Below, piece after piece: positions 6,514 to 16,059 of a DNA stretch of 29,910 bases. The first letter of the stretch is position 1; every line of letters starts with the position of its first letter. Made by a program: the position numbers and the translations under genes. The stretch is from a virus (taxonomy: Duplodnaviria; Caudoviricetes). The notes beneath the pieces were generated by a model, which worked only from the letters and a program-made list of their open reading frames with translations, did not search any database and was not told the DNA's origin. Where the stretch lies: the IMG/VR virus record IMGVR_UViG_3300033475_000118, positions 1-29,910 of that record; one strand, written 5' to 3'.

Positions 6514-7128
6514 ATGGCGCAGCCAAAGAAAGCCGCGCCGGACTGGGAGCGCATTGAAGCCGACTACCGGGCCGGCTTGTTGTCGGTGCGGGAGATAGCG
6601 GCATCGCAAGGCGTGTCGCACGTGGCTATCGCCAAGCGTGCGAAGCGCGACGGATGGGTGCGCGATCTCAGCAAACGCATACAGGATAAGGCTGAGCAGC
6701 TAGTTACCACGCGCACGGTTACCACCTCGGTTACCACGGAACAGGCGGTAACTGACCGGGCGATTGTCGAGGCCAACGCGGAAGTCATCGCGGGCATCCG
6801 ACTCGCTCATCGCAAAGACATTGCCAAGTCCCGCCGCCTCGCAATGGCGATGCTGGACGAACTTGAGCAGGTCACCGAGAACCGTGAGTTGTTCGAGCAA
6901 CTTGGCGAGATTCTTCGTTCGCCGGATGACCGCGGTAATGACAAGCGCAATGACCTGTACATGAAGGTCATCTCCAGCGCAGGTCGCATAGACAGCATGA
7001 AGAAGCTGGCAGAGACGCTGAAAACGCTGGTGGCGCTTGAACGCGAAGCTTATGGGCTGACCGTCGAGCAAGGTGGCCCGGGCGAAGACGTACCAACGAG
7101 CCTCGATCACTTCTATGGAGCAAGCTAG
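6514..7128 (+). CDS. terS: terminase small subunit
   Basis: PDWERIEADYRAG..SVREIA...VSHVAIAKRAKRDGW HTH; directly upstream of and overlapping TerL. Confidence 0.85.
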   Translation: MAQPKKAAPDWERIEADYRAGLLSVREIAASQGVSHVAIAKRAKRDGWVRDLSKRIQDKAEQLVTTRTVTTSVTTEQAVTDRAIVEANAEVIAGIRLAHRKDIAKSRRLAMAMLDELEQVTENRELFEQLGEILRSPDDRGNDKRNDLYMKVISSAGRIDSMKKLAETLKTLVALEREAYGLTVEQGGPGEDVPTSLDHFYGAS

Positions 7129-8539
7129 CCAGCCGACGCTTAATCCGGTTCTTCGCGCCTTCTGGGCGGCAAAGATAGTCGGTGATAAGCCGGTACGGAA
7201 CCGCGTCCTGTATGGTGGCCGTGCTTCCTCCAAGTCGTGGGACGCAGCCGGGTTCGCGACATATCTGGCCAGCAACGCAAAGTTACGCTTTCTCTGTGTT
7301 CGCCAGTTTCAGAACAAGATTGAGGAATCAGTCTACACGCTGCTCAAGAATCAGATTGACCGGTTCGGGCTGACCAGCCAGTTCCGTGTTTTAGATAACA
7401 AGATTGTTGGGCGCAAGACCGGCTCAGAGTTCCTGTTCTACGGTCTCTGGCGGTCCATCGACGAAATCAAGTCGCTCGAAGGGATTGACGTCCTCTGGAT
7501 AGAGGAAGGCCACAACCTCACCGAGGAGCAGTGGAAGATCCTTGAGGCGACGATCCGCAAACAGGGCTCGCAGGTCTGGATTGTGTTCAACCCGCGGCTC
7601 GCGACGGATTTCGCATATCGTCGTTTCGTTATCAATCCGCCCCCTGGAACATTAGTCCGGCTCATCAACTACGACGAGAATCCGTTCCTGTCGCAGACGA
7701 TGCTGGATGTCATCGCCGCAGCCAGGGACGAAGACGAAGACGAGTTCGCGCATATCTACCTCGGCGTCCCAAAGGACAACGACGACGATTCGATCATCAA
7801 GCGTTCGTGGATCATGGCTGCGATCGACGCGCACAAAGCGCTCGGCTTCGAAGCTTCGGGCCGCAAGCGCATTGGCTATGACATCGCCGATTCTGGCTCG
7901 GACAAGTGCGCGAATGTGTATGCGCATGGCTCTGTGGTGTCGTGGGCCGATCTTTGGAAGGCCGGCGAGGATGAGTTGCTGAAGTCCTGTACCCGCGTCT
8001 GGAAGGCGGCTCAGGAGCGCGGTGCGGCAGTCACCTACGACTCCATTGGCGTAGGGGCGAGTGCTGGGGCCAAGTTCGGCGAACTGAACTCCACAGTCGT
8101 CGACGGTCGCATCCAGTATCAGAAGTTCAACGCTGGCGCTGCGGTGTTCAAGCCGGACGCCGAATACCAGACGGGCACGAAGAACAAGGACATGTTCCTT
8201 AACCTGAAGGCCCAGACATGGTGGCTGGTCGCCGATCGGTTCCGCAATACCTACAACGCTATCCGCAAAGGCGAGAAGTTCAGCGACGACGAGATGATCA
8301 GCATCTCGAGCGACCTTCCCTATCTCGACCAGTTGATTGACGAGCTGTCCACGCCCAAGCGGGACTACGACAACAACGGCAAGGTCAAGGTTGAAAGCAA
8401 GAAGGATCTGGCGAAACGTGAGGTTGCGTCGCCGAACCTGGCTGATGCCTTTGTGATGGTATTTGCCCCCGGTCTTGAGCCCATGCAGATATCGCAAGAC
8501 GCTCTCAAACAACTCGCCCGCATGGGTCACACTCGATGA
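7115..8539 (+). CDS. terL: terminase large subunit (PBSX/XtmB-like)
   Basis: Walker A YGGRASSKS, R..QNKIEES, Walker B WIEE, FNP motif, nuclease GYDIAD and SPNLADA. Confidence 0.95.
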   Translation: MEQASQPTLNPVLRAFWAAKIVGDKPVRNRVLYGGRASSKSWDAAGFATYLASNAKLRFLCVRQFQNKIEESVYTLLKNQIDRFGLTSQFRVLDNKIVGRKTGSEFLFYGLWRSIDEIKSLEGIDVLWIEEGHNLTEEQWKILEATIRKQGSQVWIVFNPRLATDFAYRRFVINPPPGTLVRLINYDENPFLSQTMLDVIAAARDEDEDEFAHIYLGVPKDNDDDSIIKRSWIMAAIDAHKALGFEASGRKRIGYDIADSGSDKCANVYAHGSVVSWADLWKAGEDELLKSCTRVWKAAQERGAAVTYDSIGVGASAGAKFGELNSTVVDGRIQYQKFNAGAAVFKPDAEYQTGTKNKDMFLNLKAQTWWLVADRFRNTYNAIRKGEKFSDDEMISISSDLPYLDQLIDELSTPKRDYDNNGKVKVESKKDLAKREVASPNLADAFVMVFAPGLEPMQISQDALKQLARMGHTR

Positions 8540-10104
8540 ACCGCAGACAACGCAAAAAAGCCCAGATGGCCGCGCAGCATGTCGCGCCCATCGCGCCGGC
8601 GAGGTCTGCGGCAATGAAGGTGACGTTTGATGCATTGCTGGCTATGCGCGCGAAGCCGGCGACGAAGGTTAAAAAAGAGGAACTATTCCGCCCGTACGAG
8701 CCGCTCAAAGGCGTTCTGCCAAGCGAGCGGACTGGTGCCAAGATCGCGATGGACGCGGGCTACAGCGAAAGCTCCGCCCTCAGCTTCGGCCTTCTGGACA
8801 ACATCAACACGGCATTCGAGCAGGGCTATGCCTTCCCGGGCTTCGTCGCACTTGCCAACTGGGCGCAGATCCCCGAGTTCCGCAAGCCCGCTGAGGTCTA
8901 CGCCCGGGAAATGACCCGTAAGTGGGTCAAGATCAAGGCGTCGGGCGAAGTAGACAAGTCGGACAAGATCAAGAAGATCGAAGCCGAATTCAAGCGCCTG
9001 AATGTGCAGGCCAAGTTCCGCGAAGCGATTGAGCAGGATGGATTCTTCGGTCGCTCGCAGATCTTCATCGACGTCGGCATGGTCTCAGACCAGATCGACA
9101 CGGCTGAGTTGAAAACGGAACTAGTCGAATCGCCGGCAAAGATCGGCCTGGGTGCCATCAAGCGCCTGACGGTCATCGATCCGAACTGGTCATACCCGAA
9201 CCGGTACAACGCCAACGATCCGCTGGCCCCGACGTTCTACAAGCCGACGAGCTGGTTCGTCATGGGCAAGGAGATTCACTCCAGCCGCCTGTTGACGGTC
9301 GTCACGCGGGAAGTGCCCGACATCCTCAAGCCCGCGTATGCGTTTGCAGGCCTGTCGCTGTCGCAGATGATCAAGCCATACGTTGATAACTGGCTGCGTA
9401 CGCGCCAGTCCGTATCTGATCTGATCCACGCTTTCACGGTGTGGACGCTCAAGACGGATATGTCGCAACTCACCAATGCAGAAGGTTTGTCCAACTTCTA
9501 CAACCGGATGAGTCTGTTCAACTTGACCCGCGACAATCACGGTGTCAATGCGATCAACAAGGATGGCGAAGAATTCGACAACATCTCTGCGCCGCTGGGT
9601 AGCCTGGACAAGCTTCAGGCGCAAAGCCAGGAGCAGATGTGCGCGCCGACCGGCCTGCCCCTTGTCTACTTGACCGGCATCACGCCGAGTGGCCTGAACG
9701 CTACGTCGGACGGTGAGATTGAGGTCTTCCAAGACACGCTATCGGCAAATCAGCAGATCTACACGCCGCATCTGTCGAAGATCCTGAACATCGTTCAGCT
9801 ATCGCTCTTCGGAGAAATCGATCCAGAGATTGGCTTCGAATGGGAGCCGATGCGCACGATGGACGAAGAGAAGCGCGCGAATATCCGGAAGGTTGAGGCC
9901 GATACGGATGCGGTTCTGATCGGTGCCGCAGTAATCGCGCCGGAAGAAAGCCGGAGTCGCGTGGCGGGTGAAGTTGATTCTCCCTATGCGGGGCTCGATC
10001 TGAGCCTGATGCCTGAGCCGCCGAATCCTGAGATTGGCCCAGAGGTTCATGCTGAGAAGCTGACCGGTAACGAGCAGGAAGAGGACGAGGAAGCAACGGT
10101 CTAG
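8536..10104 (+). CDS. portal protein (DUF1073 family)
   Basis: Position after TerL; motifs EMTRKW, IHSSRLL, GLPLVYLTGITPSGLNATSDGE. Confidence 0.9.
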   Translation: MNRRQRKKAQMAAQHVAPIAPARSAAMKVTFDALLAMRAKPATKVKKEELFRPYEPLKGVLPSERTGAKIAMDAGYSESSALSFGLLDNINTAFEQGYAFPGFVALANWAQIPEFRKPAEVYAREMTRKWVKIKASGEVDKSDKIKKIEAEFKRLNVQAKFREAIEQDGFFGRSQIFIDVGMVSDQIDTAELKTELVESPAKIGLGAIKRLTVIDPNWSYPNRYNANDPLAPTFYKPTSWFVMGKEIHSSRLLTVVTREVPDILKPAYAFAGLSLSQMIKPYVDNWLRTRQSVSDLIHAFTVWTLKTDMSQLTNAEGLSNFYNRMSLFNLTRDNHGVNAINKDGEEFDNISAPLGSLDKLQAQSQEQMCAPTGLPLVYLTGITPSGLNATSDGEIEVFQDTLSANQQIYTPHLSKILNIVQLSLFGEIDPEIGFEWEPMRTMDEEKRANIRKVEADTDAVLIGAAVIAPEESRSRVAGEVDSPYAGLDLSLMPEPPNPEIGPEVHAEKLTGNEQEEDEEATV

Positions 10105-10349
10105 CCGTACCGGATCGACCTGATCCGCCTGACCATCTCCGTTAGCTCAAGCTCCATCGCATCGAAACGCGGCTTGCCGGCACTGTCCGTCAGGCCGTTT
10201 TTCAACTTGAACATGTCCAACTCGGTATCAAGCAGATCAGACAGGTTAAAGCGCGCCGAGTACTCATCGTTCTCGCCAACGTAGACGACCACGCGTTGCG
10301 GCTCTTCGTGGTCGTAGCCGACATAGTCGACCGCAATTCCTTCCTTCAT
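10101..10349 (-). CDS. 82-aa acidic hypothetical protein, antisense within the head operon (moron-like)
   Basis: ATG at 10349 with SD AGGAG on the minus strand (10355-10359); fills the portal-MuF gap exactly; its stop overlaps the portal stop (CTAG). Confidence 0.7.
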   Translation of the reverse strand: MKEGIAVDYVGYDHEEPQRVVVYVGENDEYSARFNLSDLLDTELDMFKLKNGLTDSAGKPRFDAMELELTEMVRRIRSIRYG

Positions 10350-10360
10350 TCTGGCTCCTG

Positions 10361-11209
10361 ATGGCAAAGCTCGTTTCTCCGACCGGCAAGGATGTTGTCC
10401 TGCGGCCGGTGCGGGCAAACGCTGGTATTGAGGCGTCTTATAACCGCGCGCTACAGAAATGGGTGGACGCGCTTCACAAGTCGCTCAGCTACTGGATCAC
10501 CGCTCAATACCGGGCAAACCCACCGCCTAGCCTAGCACAGGACGCCGGATTCGAGTCTTTCCGCGACGGCAGTCCCGCTAACGCCATGCGCCGGGCGATC
10601 CACCGCATGTCGCGACGCTGGATGAAGGCGTTCGACAAAGGTGCAGACGAACTCGCCCAGTATTTTGTCGGCCGGGCGGCCGGAGCAACGGACGTTCAGT
10701 TGGAATCGATTCTTAAGAGCGCCGGATTCACCGTGAAGTTCAAGACTACGGCTGATGTCAACAACGCTATGCAGGCCGCTGTGGGCGAGAACGTCGGACT
10801 CATCAAGAGCATCGCGCAGCAGCATCTGAGCGACGTCGAAGGTCTGGTTATGCGGTCGATGACCCAAGGCCGCAACCTTGGCGACCTGACCGAAGAATTG
10901 ACCAAGCGCTACGGCGCCACGAAACGCCGGGCCGCTTTTATCGCGCGCGACCAGGCCAACAAGATGACTGCGGTAATCAACCGAACGCGTCAGGCTGAGC
11001 TAGGCATCACGCAGGCGCATTGGCGCCACTCGCATGGCGGTAAGCATCCACGCCAATCCCACATTGCGGCCAGTCAGGCCGATGGCGGCAAAGGGAAGAT
11101 TTACGACATCGCGAAGGGATGTTTGATCGACGGCGAATACATCTGGCCGGGCGAACTGCCGAACTGCAGATGCACAGCGCAAAGCATCATCCCCGGATTG
11201 GAAAACTGA
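10361..11209 (+). CDS. MuF / SPP1 gp7-like minor head protein
   Basis: RAAFIARDQANK, W.HS.GGK.PRQSH and PGELPNCRC motifs. Confidence 0.92.
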   Translation: MAKLVSPTGKDVVLRPVRANAGIEASYNRALQKWVDALHKSLSYWITAQYRANPPPSLAQDAGFESFRDGSPANAMRRAIHRMSRRWMKAFDKGADELAQYFVGRAAGATDVQLESILKSAGFTVKFKTTADVNNAMQAAVGENVGLIKSIAQQHLSDVEGLVMRSMTQGRNLGDLTEELTKRYGATKRRAAFIARDQANKMTAVINRTRQAELGITQAHWRHSHGGKHPRQSHIAASQADGGKGKIYDIAKGCLIDGEYIWPGELPNCRCTAQSIIPGLEN

Positions 11210-11210
11210 T

Positions 11211-11501
11211 ATGGCCATTGATTCTTTCGCACCGACTGACGCCGTCGAACTACAGGCGGCCAATGTGTCGTCATCCGTCGAACTGCCGACGACCGGCTCG
11301 CCTACAGTCGCAATCGTGACCAATCTCGGTCAGCGTGTCGTATTCGTGGCGCTGGGTGACGACACCGTCGAAGCGCTGCAATACGGCTCTATGGCGGTCC
11401 TCCCCGGTTCATCAGTCGCCTTGACGATCGGCACCAACACCAATCTCGCTGCAATCACGTTGTCCGGTGTTGCGGGTCTGAATATCGCCGTTGGAACCTG
11501 A
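11211..11501 (+). CDS. small beta-rich hypothetical protein (possible virion protein)
   Basis: Tightly packed between MuF and the protease; V/T/G-rich. Confidence 0.7.
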   Translation: MAIDSFAPTDAVELQAANVSSSVELPTTGSPTVAIVTNLGQRVVFVALGDDTVEALQYGSMAVLPGSSVALTIGTNTNLAAITLSGVAGLNIAVGT

Positions 11502-11503
11502 CA

Positions 11504-13327
11504 ATGACCACGATCAAAGGCGCCGGCATCTGCATGGTGACGCCTGATGGCGAAGCCCTGTTCCTTCTGCGCAGCCCGACGTCGAATCACCCGAACGAAT
11601 GGGACTTCCCCGGCGGCAAAGCAGACGACAACGAAACGCCAGAGCAGACTGCAATCCGCGAGACGCGCGAAGAGATCGGCGCCCTCCCCTACGGCGAACT
11701 TCGCCTCATGACGAGCGTCGAGGATCTGGAGGGCGTCGACTTCATCACGTTCCGCATGGACATCATGCGCAAGTTCACGCCCAAGCTGCAACGCGAGGAA
11801 CACACCGCGTTCAAGTGGGCGAAGCTTGACGAGCCGCCGCAGCCGCTCCACCCTGGCGTCAAGGGCACCGTCGAGGTTGCTCTAGGCACCCAGACTGCCG
11901 ACGACGACAAGCCAGCAATGGACCGCCTCGCCTTCGATAGAGCAAGTGTACGCATGACGGACCAAGACGGCCGCATGCACGTCGAGCTGACGCACATTAG
12001 CAAGGCAAACGTCTGCCCGTACCGCGGCAACGAGATTCCAGACTGGGACAAGTTGGGGCTAGAACCCGAGCGCATCTACATGCTGCTCCGCGATCCGGAC
12101 GAACTGGCGAAAGCTGCGCCGACCGCGAACAACATCCCGGTTCTGAGCGAACACGTTCCGGTTAATTCCTCGGACCATCGTCCCGATCTGATTGTCGGGT
12201 CGACTGGCACAGATGCAGCGTTCAACGCGCCCTATCTCGACAACTCGCTTGTCATCTGGACCGACAGGGCTATCCGGGGAATCGAGACCGGAGCGCAGCA
12301 GGAAATCTCCAGCGCCTACTACTACGACCCGGACATGACGCCGGGAACGTACGAGGGCGTCCCTTATGACGGGGTCATGCGCAACCTCAGATTCAACCAC
12401 GTAGCACTCGTAGAAAAGGGCCGAGCAGGCCCTGACGTCCTTGTAGCAGATTCTATTAACCCTATGGGAGCACTAACAGTGAGCAAGTCCCTGAGTAAGA
12501 AAGCTGTAATGGCTAAGGGGGCGTTGCTCGCCGTCCTGAAGCCGAAGATGGCCGCCGATGCCGCAATCGATCTGAACTCGATTCTGGCTGGCGTGAAGAA
12601 AAGCAACTGGCTGGCGAAGAAGCCCGGCATCGTTGCTGCGATCAAATCGCATCTGGCGCAGGACACCGATCTGGCAGATGTCGTCGAATTGCTCGACAAG
12701 CTGGATGGTGAACAGCCGGATAACGACGATGTCGCCGAAGACAACGTCGATCCGAAGTGCGCCGAAATTCTCGACATGCTCCGCGGCAAGATCAGCGACG
12801 AAGACCTCGCGCAGATCGAAGCCAAGTTGAGCGCGCCGGCTGCTGGTGAAGTGAAGCCGCAGGCGACGGATGACGATGAAGACGACAAAGAACCGATGGC
12901 CGGCGACGAGCCGCCGCAAACGGCCGGTGGCGCGAACGCCACGCCGCGCGATGACACGAACAAGGAGCCGCTTCCGATGAGCAAGGCAGCAATGGACAAG
13001 GCGATCAAACTCGCCTGCGACGCAGCAGCGCGCGATGCAGAACAGAAGACGATCGCCCGCCTGCGCGGCATCGCCGAAGCCGAAGAAATCGCCAAGCCGT
13101 ATGTTGGCAAGCTGACCGCCATGGACAGCGCTGAAGCCGTCTACAAGGCCGCACTGGATGTGCTCAAGATCGACGTCGCTGGCGTCCACCCGAGCGCATA
13201 CAAGGCCGTGCTGGTTGCCCAGCCGAAGCCGGGTGATGTCCCGCCGAAGCTGCGCCTCGCGTCGGACAGCCAACTCCCGGGCGATTTCTCGGAAGCCTTC
13301 CCGAACGCGCATCGCCTCGGCCGCTAA
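11504..13327 (+). CDS. NUDIX hydrolase - DUF2213 prohead protease - scaffold fusion
   Basis: Nudix box [23 protein letters not shown]; DUF2213 motifs [36 protein letters not shown]; acidic helical scaffold-like C-terminus. Confidence 0.9.
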   Translation: MTTIKGAGICMVTPDGEALFLLRSPTSNHPNEWDFPGGKADDNETPEQTAIRETREEIGALPYGELRLMTSVEDLEGVDFITFRMDIMRKFTPKLQREEHTAFKWAKLDEPPQPLHPGVKGTVEVALGTQTADDDKPAMDRLAFDRASVRMTDQDGRMHVELTHISKANVCPYRGNEIPDWDKLGLEPERIYMLLRDPDELAKAAPTANNIPVLSEHVPVNSSDHRPDLIVGSTGTDAAFNAPYLDNSLVIWTDRAIRGIETGAQQEISSAYYYDPDMTPGTYEGVPYDGVMRNLRFNHVALVEKGRAGPDVLVADSINPMGALTVSKSLSKKAVMAKGALLAVLKPKMAADAAIDLNSILAGVKKSNWLAKKPGIVAAIKSHLAQDTDLADVVELLDKLDGEQPDNDDVAEDNVDPKCAEILDMLRGKISDEDLAQIEAKLSAPAAGEVKPQATDDDEDDKEPMAGDEPPQTAGGANATPRDDTNKEPLPMSKAAMDKAIKLACDAAARDAEQKTIARLRGIAEAEEIAKPYVGKLTAMDSAEAVYKAALDVLKIDVAGVHPSAYKAVLVAQPKPGDVPPKLRLASDSQLPGDFSEAFPNAHRLGR

Positions 13328-13350
13328 TCAACAGGACACAGGAGTAGATC

Positions 13351-14256
13351 ATGGGTTTTCCCCGAGTCGTAAATGTGCAGGCGGCGCCGGCAGTACTGGG
13401 TGACTTCTGCGACAACAACCCGCGCGCGACCGTCAATGCCGGTCAAGGCGCACTCGTCGCCGGTCCCGGTGGCGTCACTGTTGGCCGCTTCGCCTGGGTC
13501 AACCCGGAAGATGGCCGCACCGTGAACAACTACGGCGCCGGCGCACCTTCGGGTTTCGTGCTGCGCGACCAGCAAGCCATCATCACCGACTACCTCGCCG
13601 AGCGCACGCTCACGATTTATCAAGGCGCGCCGATTACGCTCTTCAGCGCAGGCGGCTTCTGGGTTGTGAACGCCGGATCGAGCACGACCGCGGTCGGCCA
13701 GGCTGCTTTCGCACAGAACTCCACCGGTGCGGTTCAGTTCGGCTCGAACTTCACTGGCGCAAGCGTGACCGGCTCGATCGCTGCTAACGTGGTGACGGGC
13801 TCGATCGCTGGCACGACGCTGACGGTTACCGAAGTCACCACCGGCGTTCTGACGAATGGCCAGACGATCAGCGGCACGAACGTCACCGCTGGCACGCAGA
13901 TTCTCAGCCAGCTCACTGGCACGGCCGGCGGCATCGGCACCTATCAGGTCAGCGCCGCACAGACGGTCGCCAGCACGGCAATTACCGGCTCTGGCGGCAC
14001 GCTCACGGTGACGGCTGTCGGCTCGGGCGCCCTGGCACTCGGCGATGCATTGAGCGGCAGCGGCATTACCGCTGGCACGGCTATCACGGATTTCCTGACG
14101 GGCACTGGTGGCAACGGGACGTACGCCGTGAACATCGGTCAGACCTTCGCATCCGGAACGATCACGGTCGCGGCTGGCACCCAGACGAAATGGGTCGCCG
14201 CTTCCGTCGCCGCACCGGGCGAACTGGTCAAGATGACCACCTGGGTTCTCGGCTAA
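13351..14256 (+). CDS. head decoration/cement protein with two inserted Thr/Gly-rich repeats
   Basis: Lies between scaffold and capsid; N-terminal GF...VN...APAV.GDF..NPR and GVTVGRFAW; SD AGGAG. Confidence 0.78.
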   Translation: MGFPRVVNVQAAPAVLGDFCDNNPRATVNAGQGALVAGPGGVTVGRFAWVNPEDGRTVNNYGAGAPSGFVLRDQQAIITDYLAERTLTIYQGAPITLFSAGGFWVVNAGSSTTAVGQAAFAQNSTGAVQFGSNFTGASVTGSIAANVVTGSIAGTTLTVTEVTTGVLTNGQTISGTNVTAGTQILSQLTGTAGGIGTYQVSAAQTVASTAITGSGGTLTVTAVGSGALALGDALSGSGITAGTAITDFLTGTGGNGTYAVNIGQTFASGTITVAAGTQTKWVAASVAAPGELVKMTTWVLG

Positions 14257-14281
14257 CGCCACAGTCCACCATCAACGCATC

Positions 14282-14305
14282 AAGCCGCCTAAGGGCGGCT
14301 TTTTT
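14282..14305 (+). terminator. intrinsic terminator-like hairpin before the capsid gene
   Basis: AAGCCGCC-TAAG-GGCGGCTTTTTT. Confidence 0.7.
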
Positions 14306-14325
14306 ATTGCCCAAAGGATTAAATC

Positions 14326-15426
14326 ATGCCCAAACTGGCATATGACATGTCGCCCGCCGACCAGCGGGCAGCGATTGACTATCACCGCACGCGCTGGGGT
14401 ATCGACTTCCCTGGTACGCAAGCTTTCTGCCGTCCGGAGTGGAAAGAAAACCTCAATCTCGCGATGGATGCCCAACCGGCACTCGTCACGGCTCCGAACT
14501 CCGGCGTCCCGGCATACCTGACCTTCTTCATGGACCCGGACATTCTCCGAGTCCTGACGGCAGCCAACGAAGGCGCCGACATCTTCGGCGAGAAACAGAA
14601 AGGTGAATGGACCAGCACGACGCTGATCTTCCCGGTTGTGGAGCGTACCTACGAGGTTTCCTCGTACGGCGACCACAACAACAACGGTCGCGCCGGCATC
14701 AATACGAACTTCCCGGAACGTCAGCCGTATCTGTATCAGACCATCGTCGAGTACGGTGATCTTGAGATCGAACGTGTCGGCCTCGCGAAGATCGGATTCG
14801 TCGCCGAGCAGAAAGAAGCTGCGATCGACGGCCTGAACAAGTTCCAGAACTTGACGTACTTCAAGGGCGTCGACGGTCTCCAGAACTACGGCGCGCTGAA
14901 TGATCCGTCGCTCTACCCGGCAATTGCCCCGGCACCGAAGGCTAATGGTGGCGTGGCGTGGCTGAATGGCACCGCGATCAATGCCACGGCGAACGAGATT
15001 TTCGAGGACATTCAAGGTCTCGTGATCCAGCTCATCAACCAGTCGTCGGGTCGCATCAACACAAAGTCGCGCTTCGTGCTGGCAATGTCGCCGAGCCGCG
15101 AAGGTGCGATGACCGCAACGAACACGTTCAACGTGAACGTGGCGGCGCTGTTGAAGAACAACTTCCCGAACCTGGAAGTCAAGACCGCTGTGCAATACGG
15201 CGCGCTGACCGCACAGAACCCGCAAGGTTCGGCGATCGGTGAGATCGTGCAACTCTGGTGCCCGGACGCAACCGGTCAGGACTCCGGTTATTGCAGCTTC
15301 AACGCGAAGCTGTGGGCTGGCCCGGTCGTTCGCGAGCTCAGTGCCTATAAGCAAAAGATGGCGCAAGGCTCGGCGGGCTTCATTCTTCGCCAGCCGTTTG
15401 CCATGGCGCAGATGGTCGGCGTCTGA
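14326..15426 (+). CDS. major capsid protein (DUF2184-like, Bcep781/PB1 type)
   Basis: LAMDAQP.LVT..NSGVP, KGEWT, YGD...G, YG.LNDP.L motifs; size and position fit. Confidence 0.9.
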   Translation: MPKLAYDMSPADQRAAIDYHRTRWGIDFPGTQAFCRPEWKENLNLAMDAQPALVTAPNSGVPAYLTFFMDPDILRVLTAANEGADIFGEKQKGEWTSTTLIFPVVERTYEVSSYGDHNNNGRAGINTNFPERQPYLYQTIVEYGDLEIERVGLAKIGFVAEQKEAAIDGLNKFQNLTYFKGVDGLQNYGALNDPSLYPAIAPAPKANGGVAWLNGTAINATANEIFEDIQGLVIQLINQSSGRINTKSRFVLAMSPSREGAMTATNTFNVNVAALLKNNFPNLEVKTAVQYGALTAQNPQGSAIGEIVQLWCPDATGQDSGYCSFNAKLWAGPVVRELSAYKQKMAQGSAGFILRQPFAMAQMVGV

Positions 15427-15444
15427 GCAAGTTTCACCCGAAGT

Positions 15445-15474
15445 AAGAAGCCGCCTCCGGGCGGCTTTTCTTTT
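15445..15474 (+). terminator. intrinsic terminator after the capsid gene
   Basis: AAGAAGCCGCC-TCCG-GGCGGCTTTTCTTTT. Confidence 0.8.
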
Positions 15475-15482
15475 GCAGCAAA

Positions 15483-15538
15483 GCGTGCCGCCTAGGGTCA
15501 TTCCCGAAAGCGCCCTGACCGCAGCGTTGGCGGCACGT
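15483..15538 (+). ncRNA. three-way-junction RNA element (possibly C4-antisense-like)
   Basis: Outer stem GCGTGCCGCC/GGCGGCACGT; inner hairpins GGG-TCATT-CCC and AGCGC-loop-GCGTT; loop TGACCGC is complementary to GCGGTCA next to the downstream ATG. Confidence 0.5.
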
Positions 15539-15579
15539 CCCTCTTCCTTCGCGGTTCACCTTTCTTACAGGCGGTCAAT

Positions 15580-16059
15580 ATGGCTGGCGATACGCTGTCA
15601 ATCAAGAAGCACAACGAATCCCCCTCGAATGCAACGGTCACGGTGGCAAGCAAGATGCCGTTCGACTTTGTGCTGAAGCTCTACGACTTTCGTGAACGCA
15701 ATGAGCCGGTCATGGGTGGCGGCGCTCGCACCTACAAGATCGCCGAGCCGCGCCGCGGTGCGAAGACGTTCGTCGTGCAGGGCAATTCATTCCCGCAGAA
15801 CAAAGGTCCGCATCAGCAACTCACGTTCGGCTACGCGATCACGCATGGCATCCCGAAAGCGTTCTGGGACGAATGGGTCGAGCAGCACAAAGAGGCGGAA
15901 TACATCGTGAACGGCATGCTGTTCGCACACGCGGACAATGCGAGCACGATGGCAGAAGCCCGCGAAAAAGAAACCGAAAAGTCCGGCTTGGAGCGTCTCG
16001 ATCCGAGCAAGCTCCCGAAGGGTCTTGAAACGTCTGACGGCTTCCGGCGGGCATCATAA
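15580..16059 (+). CDS. conserved virion-module hypothetical protein
   Basis: Follows the capsid gene; YAITHGIPKAFWDEW...SGLERLDP pattern typical of this phage group. Confidence 0.8.
   Translation: MAGDTLSIKKHNESPSNATVTVASKMPFDFVLKLYDFRERNEPVMGGGARTYKIAEPRRGAKTFVVQGNSFPQNKGPHQQLTFGYAITHGIPKAFWDEWVEQHKEAEYIVNGMLFAHADNASTMAEAREKETEKSGLERLDPSKLPKGLETSDGFRRAS

Noticed and set aside
8536-10104. Anti-CBASS Acb1 assignment for the DUF1073 protein
   Set aside because: No appended 2H-phosphoesterase domain with paired HxT motifs is visible; size and position fit a plain portal.
10361-11209. MuF polymorphic toxin
   Set aside because: The protein ends right after the NCRC motif; there is no C-terminal toxin extension.
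14272-15501. Long minus-strand ORFs (409 aa here; also 7652-8635, 13324-14262, 18687-19589 and others)
   Set aside because: These are shadow frames of GC-rich + strand genes, with no SD or recognisable motifs.
15483-15538. Hammerhead ribozyme
   Set aside because: It is a three-way junction with GAAA but lacks the CUGANGA core.
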